From: Basidiobolus meristosporus CBS 931.73
Taxonomy: Eukaryota; Fungi; Basidiobolomycota
DNA: 64,000 nt
Assembly (NCBI GenBank): GCA_002104905.1
Contig: MCFE01000259.1
Coordinates: forward strand, 1 to 64,000
Direction: 5' to 3'
Position 1 is the first letter of the stretch, and every line of letters starts with the position of its first letter. The notes under the pieces are model-generated. The model was not told the origin of the DNA. It made no database searches and worked only from the letters and a program-made list of their open reading frames with translations. Shown here one piece after another: positions 23,632 to 36,362 of the stretch. The position numbers and the translations under genes were made by a program.

Positions 23632-26260
23632 AGAGATATTCTACCGTTTGTGAGCTACATTACGGATGGCAGGTATTCGACTGAATGTACCCAACACAAA
23701 ACTACGGCACCGAGATTAACAACATTTTATTTCGTCACTTTACAGATCTCCCACTACACCCCGAAGTAGGTTACAATTGTTTAGAAAAGATTTGCTAATT
23801 TATGTAAATTCTTTACCCTGCGTCTCTACATCATTATTGGTTTTTCTCTATCCTTGGGATTTCTCTTCATTTTCATTCATTTTAACAGGCGCGAACCTTC
23901 TACCCTCTTGTTCAGATTCAAATCACGTATCGCATCTACTGCGGTGTGCTTTTCGATGTTTAGACTTAGCGTACAGTTGGTTTCATTAAATTTCTCTATG
24001 CGAGCTTGCGCACCCACCCTTCTCGCCACTTCTATTCATAGTAAATACATATATAATGCACGTATTTCTCGGCCGATTCTTTTTGTGAATGACGTGTGGG
24101 AATCGGGGATGCTAGGACATACAATAACCTAACAAGGTCGCGACGTATCTTTCGACAACTCGTGCCTCCCTATTCCCTTGCATCAGGAACAGGAACCCTT
24201 TTGTAGCAGAGACATGGTGATCACTCTTGATGGCACTCCATCCCTAGGTGTGGACACCTGCAGATGATTTCCAACGATGAATCGAAGCCCTGCCATGCCC
24301 TTACATGATGCTCATCAAATCAGTGGGATCTTGAAACTCGGATCAGGGTAGTAAACAAAGCGAGCTAAGCATCCCAAAGGATCACACATGCCTATCCAAT
24401 GAAACTGCTTGAGACGAGTGGAATGGACCAAGGCCCATCAGATCGGTGAGGGATTGTTTACATCTCTGAATCACTAAGGCGTGCTGGTGTGGTGATAACT
24501 AGCATGAGACAATTGGATTGAGAGTGGGTCCCACAAGGGCCACAAATGTCGGATTGGTAAAGAGGCCTAGAATGATCTTCATCAATGGTTGTTTTGATTA
24601 TGCAATTCACCTCCAATGTTGTGGTGGAAGAGAGTGCACGATTGGCTCACAAAGCCCGATCTGATTATTTCTTGCTACCTTTTTTAACTCCTATCTTCAG
24701 CGAATCATCTCCAGCCCATGGCATCGAGCCGCCCTAAGGTGCCGGTCGTCGAGGGCTCCGGCTGTACCGATCCCAGGGTATTTTACCCAACACCGCCAAA
24801 AGCCGACTGCGGTTCTTTACTCATATTCAACCTACCAATATGCAGATGATGACACCGTACTGATGATGTGGCTCTTCCTAGGCTTATGTATTCTAGAAGA
24901 CAGATACTCCCAGAAAGGAATGCTTGCATGCATCTTGCAAGTATCCAACTTCATGTGGCGCTACTAACGTACTTATGTTGGATGTGTCTTTGCGCACCGA
25001 AGAAACCCATCCGGATTATTTCAATTGATACGAATCACTCCTGGGGGAATTCTAACATTTAGCATACGCCAAGCTTATGAATATCGAAAGCAGTGTTGAG
25101 CCCAACGCAATTTGTAGTTGGGGATGCCATTTCTCGGGCCTTCCGCCGTGCTTCCAAGACTGAGTTTGCCTACTATCATTCGTGCCGATCTTGGGTGACT
25201 GAACGGATAGACACCTCTATATTAGCTGTTGATTTGGTTGGTTCCGACTGAAGCCAGCAGTGCTCGCATTAATTTGCATCACTCAAACTTCGGCCTAGGA
25301 TTGGTTTTGGACCCAGCATAATACCGAAACTGGATCGCCATCTGTACTTAACCAGTTACCCCATGGACTTATTGGGGATTGTCGAAGCCATATTGGTATG
25401 TGCATACCTCACCAAGCTGTAGGCCAGTAAATTGATTCCTCAATTGGATAATTGCCAACGTCCCGAATGAATGAGTATTCTCATTCCATATGTATTTCTC
25501 CGAAAGCTGTACCATTGCAAATAAATCGTGCGGTTCACAGATCCTGTGGCGTATGCATCGATACGTTGGTATGATTTAACACTATCAATCCCCCTTGTGT
25601 AATGCTGAGGCCACCAATATTGGTCACAAAGCTATTAGAATCATGTGTGGTAAGTAGCTCATTTGGCACTGCAGTGCGCAGTCATATTGGGAATCGACGC
25701 TGGCGGTAATCAATGAATGGTGTGACTGACAAGTTGTTCCGGGGCAAAATGATGCCGATTTTGTTTATTTTCTTGGAACCATTGCCTGCAACTCTATGCT
25801 TGCACTTCCATATGGAGTCCTGTATACCTCGGGTCTACTCCGACCCCCGTTGAATGCCCCAGCATTATCTACATCGCAACTGATTTCTTACCTTCTACAG
25901 CCTCCTATTCAGCTGGCGAGTAAAATGTGGCGTTGCACTAAGCCTCATGCCTCTCATGCATCATTTCTGGGACATCTAGTATTGGTTTTACACACTTCGA
26001 GTTTTCATGAAAGTATTGACCAAGCATACTGTCATGTGGGCATAAAAAAAGGGTTGGAGCATCACCAGTATCCACAGACCGCCAAGTACACGTGAGTATT
26101 GAGCTTTACGTACAGATTAACAGAAATTGCCGAGGTGAAAATTCTTACCAGTTAGATATTCCATTTCTCTGGGATTTCCAAGTTGTGGAAATACAGGATT
26201 CGTGGTGCAACAGTAATATACTTCCATGGAAGATGGGGCGCTATTGTCACTGTATCATAG

Positions 26261-26535
26261 TGTTGTGAATTTCGTATTTACACCCAAATATTTACATTAG
26301 CAGACACTTGGATCCTAGCTTATGAACTTGATTGTTTCTTGCCCAAATTCTTTGTCGGGATTCGCTTCAAGCATTTTCACCAAAAATGTCCGGCACTTGG
26401 AATGTGATATTTCGCAAGGCTGTCCAAAAGACCTCAAACTTTGCAAAAATGCTATTGCGACCTTTCTACGCATATTCGGCATGTAGGTTTTGTCAAGACC
26501 TAGCAAATGTATAAATACCACTTTTACATTCAATG
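26261..26535 (+). mobile_element. Truncated, diverged copia LTR
   Basis: Begins TGTTG. Its reverse complement aligns to LTR 30997-31345 (attgaatgtaaaagtggtatttatac..aatcccgacaaagaatttgg..cacaaca). Confidence 0.7.
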
Positions 26536-27113
26536 AATTCTACAAATGGCGATGGGAGAGCGCCTTTGGAAAGTCAATAGGGAGCATTATAGAAGCTTAC
26601 TAAGAGTTCTGCATGGTGCTGGCCTGAAAGTTTATGGGAATGGTGCCTATATTTTTAGGTCACCTAAACAATACATTGGGTACGTTGAGAGTTTTCACAC
26701 AAAGCGGTTTCTATGCAGGAAGGCAGTCAAGTGAAGTAGATGATTATGCTACTCCACAGGGCATTATTATCTCTGTGAGTTACCCAATGGCATTTATCTG
26801 GTAAGCCAAATTAGAGCTTAATTGTTGCATAAACCTGCCTAGGCACAGGCCCCATATGTAGCACTATCTACCAAAGAATAGCAGATACATAGTTCTCCTT
26901 AGAGTTACAGTGCAGTATGGGAAGCTCCAGTCTTTGTACAAGCTAATAGTCATATGCTCTAGAAAGCATTGTGGGTCCAGAATGCTCATACAAGATATAG
27001 CAACAGTAATATTACTAACTCCAAATATATTTGTACCTGAAAATGGACCAAGAATCTGAGTAAAGTGCAAGAGGACTACTAGTGATATACTTGCAGAATA
27101 CCCTACAAGATTC

Positions 27114-29044
27114 TGTTGTAAGAGTCTTTGAGATATTGGAAGTGATTTGGAGAACAAGTAGATTATGTGGTTTTCACTTCATGATTTATTGAATGTGAAG
27201 TAGCCTTTATATTTTTACATGCTCTTGGAATAACAAACATGTATAACAGGCATAGGAAGATCCCAAAAGTGTGTGTAAAGAGTTTGGGGCTCTCTGGATA
27301 ATGTTGAGAATTCTCATGTTCTGGGCATTTGATATTTTGGTGAAAATATTGCAAATAAATCCCAACAAGAAATTTGGTCAGTATTCTCTAAGATCTGTAG
27401 GTACTGATCCAAGTGACTTAGCTAGGTGAATACTTTGGTGGAATTCCAAATTTAACAACACTGTCACTCAACTAAATGTTCACCCTGACTAGTCCTCATT
27501 TTGACCTAAAATATTCAAAGCTGTCTCTAGCAAGTGGTTTGGTAAATATGTCTGCAATCATATCATCTGCTGGAAAGTAAACTAAGCTATTCCCTATATA
27601 TTCATGTATGAATTGATGTCTAATATCTATGTGCTTAGCTCTAGCATGAAAAGTTGGATTTCTACATTATTGTATACACCCTTAATTATCTTGAAATACA
27701 GTAATAGCATTTAATGACATAAGCCCAAGTCTTTAAAAAGCTTTCTTAACCACATTGCCTCTTTTGTAGCCTCACAGGCTGCCATATATTCTGCCTCTGT
27801 GGTAGAAAGTGCTATGGCTGATTGCTTTCTAGAATTCAATCAAATTGCTCCTGTACAGTAGAGAATGGTGCATCCTGTGATGGATTTTTTGTGTTGTAAA
27901 TTTTGTCCCCAATTAGCATCTGAGTATCCCACAAGTTCCCGGTCTGAGTCCTTATAGATGTACCTTGAGCAAATATTAGCAGTTCCTTTCAGGTATCTAA
28001 AAATCTGCTAAACCACTCTAATATGATCAGATCCATGGTTCTGATTAAGCTGGCTGACAACTCCCACTGAATACAAGATATCCAGACATGCTCAAGCTTA
28101 ATATACATCAGACAGCTGATCATAGATTGATAAAGAAATTCTGGGCTTTCACATGGCACCAAGCTCTTTTGATTTGGTTGAGTTTTGACTAAGTCAGGGT
28201 TTGTCTCCATTGGGATAGCTGTCAGTTTACAGTCTTCCATTTGGTACTCCTTAAGTATATCTTGAATATACTTGGACTGGCTCCAGGTGCTTCTGCCTAT
28301 GGAGAACCTTATCCCTAAGTAGGAACTGAGCTCTCCTACATTGCACATCTTAAACTCCTTAGATAAGATGGATTTAGTCTCCTCCAGGGTCTCTTGGCTA
28401 TTGGTAGCTACCACATGATCATCCACAAATAGAGCTAATAAAGCTAATAGAGCTGGATCTCCTCTGTGTGGCTTATAAAAGATACTGTAGTCAGCAGTGC
28501 ATCTTTGGAAACTCAAGGAATTCAAATAATAGTCAATCTTGCAATTCCAGGCTCTTGGTGATTGTTGCTGACTCTATAGTTATTTTTTAGGCTTGGAGAC
28601 CAAATGGGGGACTGTCTTGGTCAACAAACACATCAGGCTAGTCCACATACACATCCTCATCAAGTTGCTAATTTAAGTGTGGTTTCACATCTATTTGATG
28701 AATAATCAACTGATATTTAGCTGCAATAGCCAATATTTATCTGATGGAATTAAAATTGGCTGCTGGTGTAAAGGTCTCAATATAGTCAAGTCCTTTTGTT
28801 TGAGAGTAACCTTTGGCCACAAGTCTTGCTTGATATCTTTAAACTGTACCATCAGCCATGTATTTTGTCTTGACAACCCATCTGCATCCAATTGATTTTG
28901 GTTAATTGGTAGCTTGACTAAGTCCCAAGTTTGATTTTCCATTTGGGCCTGAAACTTCTCAGTCATTGCAGATCTCCAAAGCTTTGTCTGAGGGCTATTC
29001 AGGGCCTCTTTTTATAATATGGGGCTCATCAACATGGACTGAAT
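27114..29044 (-). mobile_element. Ty1/copia relic I: 3' LTR (27114-27460) plus degenerate RT/RNase H, 5' part missing
   Basis: TGTTG..CAACA LTR. Pol fragments AMTEKFQAQMENQTWDLVKLP, LFVDDHVVA, YLGIRFS, with many stops and frameshifts. Confidence 0.88.
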
Positions 29045-29480
29045 GTTTACCAAACCATTACCTAGAGACAAACCTGAATATCCTAGGCCAAAATTAGGAC
29101 TAGTCAGTATAAACATCTAGTTGAGTGGGAGTGTTGTGTGAGTCTGAAATTCCACTTAGATATCAACCTAACTTAGTCACGTAAATCATTACCTAAAAGT
29201 CTTAGAGAATACTGTCCATATTCCTTGTTGGGATTTACTTGGAATATTATCACCAAACTATCAAATACCCAGAACATCAACATTCTCAAGATTATCCAAA
29301 CAGCTAAAAACTTTGCACACATGTTCTTGGAACCTTCCTAAGCCTACTCTACATGCCTCTTATGTCAAGACCATGCAGATGTTTAAATACTACACTTACA
29401 TTCATCAAAGCATTGAGTGAAAACCACATAATTTACTTGTTCTTCAAATTGCTTCCAATATCTCCAAGATTCTTACAGCA
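29045..29480 (+). mobile_element. 3' end of another copia copy in opposite orientation: end of RNase H, PPT and LTR (29132-29480)
   Basis: TKPLPRDKPEYPRPKLGLVSINI*, then TGAGTGGGAG PPT, then a TGTTG..CAGCA LTR of ~349 bp. Confidence 0.85.
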
Positions 29481-31356
29481 TCTGGCACTCACAGCTCAAT
29501 ATAGCACTATTCAATGGAACAAGTCTATTGCATTTAGTATTATTTCTACAAAGAAGGTACTCATGCAACTCTGTGACACAGAGTTACAATACAGCATTGG
29601 AGTCACACTGTACAGTCTCTGAAGCACCACAACAGTGCCCAAAGATTAAGCCTAGAATAAGCCTCTCACAGCATGGAAGGTAAAGACTGTAACATATATA
29701 CCAATGCCTATAAATCAAAAGATACTGATAATTGCAAATACAAACAGTGTAATGATGATGAGTGGGCTGATATTTAGATGGCCATAAGAACCCTTGCATA
29801 GAATCATTCACAGGCAAGCTCACCTCCAGACTATGAGGAACTAAATACCTGTCACAATAAGCCTAACCTGTTTTGTATAGAATATCCTGTATTTAAACAA
29901 GTAGATGAATTCTGAGCCAGTGTTGGTGTGCAAAGAAGCTGCTTCCAAAATGGCAAAAACTACCAAAGGCAAAAAAAAGGGTACCAGTGCAAAAAACCAA
30001 CACCTTTGTTAAGAGTACATCTTAAGAAAGGATGGGGCACAAAATAAGCAGCAAAGTACTATCAGATACTCTAAGAAAAAACCATGAAAAGGCCAGCAGA
30101 ATATCATTGTTATATCAGCTGAATTTCAGCTTTCCAAAAAGTGATAACTCTCAATATCTCAGGTACTAGCTTTGCAACAGACAAGCTGTCAACCCACCAG
30201 GGGGAGACAAGGTCCCCTAGCATTCATTATGAATATGGTAAGCAGCTGCTCATTACTTCCACCAGAATTGCAACAAAGAATTTGAGGCAGAAACTGCTAC
30301 AGAACACCTACAAAATACACTCAGAGTACCAGCTGAACACTGGCTCAATTTGCATTGAGTTCCAACTTTGATATCTGTTATAAGTGGTAGTTTGCAGAGT
30401 TCCATCAAGGGAAAAGCAGGCAGAAATGGAAGCTTTGTTGCCATGTGTATCAATAAAAAGATGAAGTGCATTTTAAGAAGCACTCAGTCCTAGTAGTGGT
30501 GAAGGGAAAGGTGGATGAAAAGGAAAGTTTCTCTTCCCAGGCCAGAAACAGAGTGGTATAAGACAGAAGCTGCATTCTCAACTAGTCAATACTGTCAACT
30601 AAGAACAGTCCAAATCCCACAATGGCCAAAGAGTAAGACCAACAAGACAACTGCTATTTTCAAAATATGCTGAAGTGAAGCCAGTTAAAATACATGCAAG
30701 TGTTGTTGATGCACTTGTAGAGAAGTGCACTTCTCCTATCACAGATGATCCTAGTGACTTTGTTAGGTAGGTATTGTAGTATAATTACAAAATTTACAAC
30801 CATTAGTTGAGTGTGGGGTTGGGTTTACTATTAATACTGGGTATGGGGACTTGTATAAGCCACTATAATCTAGGGTTGAGCTTCATCTGAAGTTTTAATG
30901 GAAATGAACTGATAAATATATACTCAGTAAGAACACCGGTAAAGTTGGTAATTAAGGGGTGTAAAAGAGGCAATAGCCAATTAATGAACTCAAACATGTT
31001 GTAAGAGTCTTGGAGATATTGGAAGTGATTTGGAGAACAAGTAGATTATGTTGTTTTCACTTAATGATTTATTGAATGTAAAAGTAGTATTTATACTTTT
31101 ACATGGTCTTGGCATTATAAACACGTCAAATAGATTAAGAGAGGTCCCAAGAACATGTGTGCAAAGTTTGGGGCTGTTTGGACAACTTTGAGAATTCTCA
31201 TGTTCTGGGTACCTGGTATTTTGGTGGAAATATTCTAAGTAAATCCCAACAAGGAATTTGGTCAGTATTCTCTAGGATTTGAAGGTGATGATCTAAGTGA
31301 CTAAGTTTGGTGAATATTTAGGTGGAACTACAAATTCTTACAACACTCCCACTCAG

Positions 31357-34300
31357 CTAAATGTTCATACTGACTAGTCCTAATTTTGACCTAGGATATT
31401 CAAACTTGTCTCCAGCTAATGGTTTGGTAAATATGTCTGCAATCATTTCATCTGTAGGACAGTAAACTAAGCTAACTAAGTTACTCTCTATAGCTTCTTG
31501 TATGAAATGATGTCTAATATCTATGTGCTTGGTTCTAGCATGAAAAGTTGAATTTCTACCTAATTGTATACATCCTTGATTATCTTGAAATAAAGTAATA
31601 GGTGTTTTTTGACATAGGCCTAAATCTGTAAAAAGCTTTCTGAGCCACATTGCTTCTTTTGTAGCTTCACAGGCTGCCATGTACTCTACCTCTGTGGTAG
31701 AAAGTGCTATGGTTGGTTGCTTTCTTGAATTCCATGAAATTGCTCCTTTACAGTAAAGAAATGTGTATCCTGTGGTGGATCTTCTGTCTTCCAAATTTTG
31801 TCCCCAATCAGCATCAGAGTATCCCACAAGATCCTGTTCTGAATCCTTATAAGTGTATCTTAAGCAGATATCAGCAGTTCCTTTTAGGTATCTAAAAATC
31901 CGCTTAACTGCTGCAATATGATCAGATCCATAGTTCTGATTATGTTGGCTAACAACTCCCACTGAATATGAGATATCTGGACAAGTTCCAAGCATGATAT
32001 ACATCAGACTGCCGACCATAGATTGATAAGGAAAGTCAGGGCTTTCAGATGGCACCAAGCTCTCTTGATTTGGTTGAGTTTTGACCAAGTTAAGGTTTGT
32101 CTCCATTGGGGTAGCTGCCGGTTTACAGTCTTCCATTTGATACTTCTTTAGTATATCTTGAATATACTTGGATTGACTTAGGGTGATGGTCTGGGTGCTT
32201 CTGTCTATGGAGAACATAATCCCTCAGTAGTAACTATGGTCTCCTAGATTGGACATCTTGAACTCCTTAGATAGGCTGGATTTAGTCTCTTCCAATGTTT
32301 CTAGGTTATTGGTGGCTATAATAAGATCATCCACATATAGAGCTAATAGAACTGGATTTGCTCTATCTGGCTTATAGTATATACTATAGTCAGCATTACT
32401 TCTTTTGAAACTCAAAGATTCCAAATAAGAATCTATCTTGCAATTCCAGGCTCTTGGTAATTATTTGAGACCATATAGTGCCTTTTTAAGCTTGCAGACA
32501 AAATGGGGGTTATCTTGGTCAAGAAACCCATCAGGCTGTTCCATATACACGTTCTCATCAAGTTCTCCATTCAAAAATGCAGTTTTTACATCCATTTGAT
32601 GAATAAAAAACTTATATTTGGCTGCAATAGCCAATATTAATCTGATGGAATTAAACGTGGCTGCCGGTGCAAAGGTCTCAGTATAGTCAAGTCCTTTTGG
32701 TTGATTGGTAATTTGACTAAGTCCCTAGTTTGATTTTCCATCAGGGCCTGATATTCCTCAGTCATTGCAGATCTCCAAAACTTTGTCTGAGGGCTATTTA
32801 GGGCCTCTTTTACAGTCTGGGGTTCATCAACATGGACTGAATAGGCATAGGCTAAGTTTGTACCCTCATTGATATAGTAATTTGGGCTATTTCTTGTCCA
32901 ATTGGATCTCCAGGCATTTGATACTGGAATGATCACTTCTGGGATATTCCTGGGCACTGATTCTAGCTGAACCACGGTTGTAGAGTCCTCTGGAGTGAAA
33001 AAATTTTCATTGTTTTGCTCTAATTCAATCCTGACAATTGGTGGACTTGAGATCAAATTTTTGTCATCATCTGATGTCATTCTTTGTGAAAATTTTGAAT
33101 TTTCATCAAACAACACATCTGTGGACTTGATCAGCTTCTTTGCTTTGGTATTGTAGAGTCTGTATGCCTTACTCTCATTGCAGTAGCCCAAAAATATGCA
33201 TTTTACACTTTTTGACTCAAATATTGACCAATTTCCGGCCAGTTTTTTGGCATATGCTGTACACCCAAATATTCTTTGATGTTCTGCACTTGGTCTGTAT
33301 CCATACCATGCTTCAAATGGAGTAGAATCACAAAGTATTCTGTTATAACTCCCATTTTAAGGTATACAGCAGTGGCAACTGATTCCGCCCAAAAATCATA
33401 GGATAATTTTTGATCATGGATCATAGATCTTGCCATATCAATTATTGATCTGTTAGCACGTTCTGCTACTCCATTTTGCTGTGGGGAGTATGGTACAGTA
33501 GTCTCTTGCTTTATTGCATGAGTTTTGCAGAAGTGGGTGAAGAGTTTTGAGGTATATTCTCCACCATTGTCAGAGCATATTTTCTTGATTTTTTCACCAG
33601 TTTCTCTCTCCACCATGGCTTTAAACTCCCTGAGCTTAGACAGAGCTTCTTCCTTTCTCTCCATGAAGTAGACCCATGTGTATCCTGTATAATGATCAAT
33701 AAAAGTGATTAAATATTTCATCCTGCCTAAGGATAAACTTTGCATAGGTCCACACAGATCTGAGTGAATTAGATCTAATTTTTTCTTAGTTTTGATTAAC
33801 CCAGAGCTACTTGAACGGTTGTCTGGCTTGTTTCCCATATATGCAGGCTTCACAGTGCTCCAGATTAGCTGGGGGATCTATTTTCACTCCAGAAATTAGC
33901 TGATCTTTGATCATTTTACACAAATAATCAAAATTGATGTGTCCAAATCTCCTATGCCAAAGCATTGGTGTTTCTTCATTTAAGTTACTTTTATTGGCTT
34001 CCAGATACAATGGAATATAAGTCAACTTGCATAGATTCTGATCTTTGATGCCCAAAGCAATATGAGCACCATTTTGATCAGTGATCCTGCATCCAGAATT
34101 GTCAAAACTGAAACTGAGTCCTTCTGCTGTGGCCTTGCTTACAGAGAGTAGGTTCTTGGCTATTTCTGGTATATAGAGTACTTCTGTAGAGGTCAGTGTA
34201 TGGCTTCCTTCACTGCTTCTAAGGCTTACTTGAATAGTTGCTTCTCCCACTGCATCAAGTGTTCTATTGTCACCCATGAAAACCTTCTTAATTGGAATTT

Positions 34301-35198
34301 CTTGATATTGGGTAAAAAGTTCTTTTTGGTGTGTAAAGTGTTGAGATGCTCCAGAGTCTATATACCACGTCTGAGAATCCTTGTTTGTGGTCATATTTAG
34401 TGCAGATATGAATAGTCTATCTTCAGTTGTTGCAGCATTTCCATATTCAAGCTTCTTTTGCTGATTATCTTTCTTTTTGAGACACCGGTCTGATGTGTGT
34501 CCTTTCCTTTTGCAGTAGTTACAAAACAGGTTGCTGTTGCCTTTGTAAGGTCTTGGGTACCTCCTTTGTTGGCTATCATTGCTTATTAAAGCATTTTCTT
34601 CTTCCTTCTTATTGGCACTTGATTTTCTTAATTCTTCATCCAGGAGCCTTCCATATAAGTAATTTAAGGTCAAATCTTCAGTTCTGGACTCTAGGGCTGA
34701 TACAAGGCCCTGAAACTTGTCTGTCAGGCTATTCAGGATGGTAACTATCACATCCTCATCAGTAGTTGGTATGCCCACAGATGCCATCTGATCTACCAGC
34801 AGGGTAATTCTGTTAATTAGATTTTTCATTTCTTCTCCTGGCAGCATCTTTGTAGTAAAGAATTTTTGTCTCCAATACATCTTCTTGGCAGCTGAACATG
34901 ACTGATAGGTGTCTTCCAATGCTTTCCAGGCATTCTTTGCCGTTTTTGCTCTTGAGCATTGAATTAGCAATTTGTCCTTGACATTAAGGCAAATGCAGTT
35001 AAAGGCACTTTGTTCTTTCTTCTGGTACTTTAAGGCTTCCTCTCCCACGTTTTTAGGAGGGCATTCTTCTCCCATGACAATATCCCAAAGGCCTCTTTCT
35101 TGTAGCAGCATCTTCATCTTCACCTTCCACACTTGGTAGTTAGATCCATCCAACTTTTCAGCAGAGGGAAAAATTCCAGTAGTAGCAGTAGTAGACAT
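31357..35198 (-). pseudogene. gag-pol of copia II with several frameshifts and a ~100-bp deletion at the start of RT
   Basis: KLDGSNYQVWK, CNYCKRKGHTSDRC, WYIDSGASQH, WHRRFGH, IHSDLCGP, SDNGGEY, QNGVAERANR, LYVDDL, YSDADWG, KHIDIRHHF. The KARLVAKGY segment present in relic I (28799-28900) is missing at ~32700. Confidence 0.93.
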
Positions 35199-35217
35199 TG
35201 CAGAGAGTGACAGCTTG

Positions 35218-35229
35218 GGGCTCATAACC
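35218..35229 (-). promoter_or_regulatory. Primer-binding site GGTTATGAGCCC (internal tRNAiMet / half-tRNA type)
   Basis: Directly abuts the 5' LTR; same type of sequence as the Ty5 / Drosophila copia PBS. Confidence 0.8.
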
Positions 35230-36362
35230 TGTTGTAAGAGTCTTGGAGATATTGGAAGTGATTTGGAGAACAAGTAGATTATGTTGTTTTCACTTAATGA
35301 TTTATTGAATGTAAAAGTAGTATTTATACTTTTACATGGTCATGGCATAACAAGCATGTAGTATAGGTTAAGAAAAGTTCCAAGAACATGTGTGCAATGT
35401 TTTGGGCTGTTTAGACAACTTATCTAATTTTCATGTTCTGGGTAAATATTCTAGGTAAATCCCAACAAGGAATTTGGTCAGTATTCCCTAGGATATGAAG
35501 TTAATGATCTAAGTGACTAAGTTAGGTGAGAATTTAGGTGGAATTACAAATTTTTACAATAATAATAAGGTCCATGAACAAGGATTTGTTGATATAAGAT
35601 AATGTAGTTTCTAAACATAAACCATCAAACAAGTTTCATGATGTTGCTAAAGTCCTGCATGTAAGACCTGGCTCCAAATTGTGCAGGGAAGGCTTGAAGC
35701 AGATGAATAAAGAGAATCAAACACCAATATAAATGTGTAAAATAAAGCTATAATAAGTGATGATTGACACAAATGAAGTCACACATGCCCCTTTAAAGGA
35801 AAGAAGTCACCATTACCTAATGCTTAGAATTGGATCAGAAGGTGACTGGATAATATGGTGCAGAGAATACAGTCAGGAGAAGTTGACTACTTTACATCTG
35901 CTGCTAAACCAGCCAATATCAGTGGAATTGGTTTTGCAAAACTGGCAACTCCCAGTATCTTGGGTTCTTGCTATTGGGCAGACAACCCAGCATACTTCAC
36001 AGGAGAAGACCAGGCCAACTAGCATTCATACCAAATATGATAATCAGGTGCTAACTACTTCCACCAAAAATGGCAACTGAAAATTTATAGGAAAAAACCC
36101 AGCTGAATATCAGCAAAACACCATTAGAATACCAGCAGAATACTAACAGAACAACAGCAGAAAATCAGATGAATTTTAAGTTTCTCATAGGGTCTGGCGT
36201 CACCATCAATTAACTCGGTGACCAATTGAATACACCAATCGAAGACCCTGATGAATTACGCCCAGAGAGGAATAGCCTTGTGTGTGTGGGGGGGGGGGAG
36301 GGGATTAATATTAATCGCTACGACCCCACATGTTTCTTGAGGAGTGAAAATACTAGGTCCAG

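Larger units (their letters stand above)
30997..35561 (-). mobile_element. Ty1/copia element II, near full length, two LTRs (30997-31345, 35230-35561), non-functional
   Basis: LTR-PBS-gag-PR-IN-RT-RH-PPT-LTR order, diagnostic of copia. PPT at 31346-31355. No matching 5-bp TSD (AAACA vs ATAAT). Confidence 0.95.

Noticed and set aside
26315-26533. ORF with kinase-subdomain-XI-like CRTFLVKMLEANPDK
   Set aside because: Lies wholly inside an LTR relic; the resemblance is coincidental.
26864-27157. ORF starting MFSKSLPIS, like the 33807-35273 ORF
   Set aside because: The shared start is just LTR sequence read from TTG; not a gene. The true gag start is likely 35198.
30141-30371. ITLNISGTSFAT resembles the start of a T1/BTB domain
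   Set aside because: Similarity stops after ~12 residues; CpG-free repeat context.
18786-36170. Similar AGAATACCAGCA-type short repeats at ~18790 (minus), ~30090 and ~36125
   Set aside because: A 12-mer match is expected by chance in 64 kb; no termini or TSD identified.
36281-36298. (TG)n plus G11 run upstream of the SDR gene
   Set aside because: Ordinary microsatellite/homopolymer.
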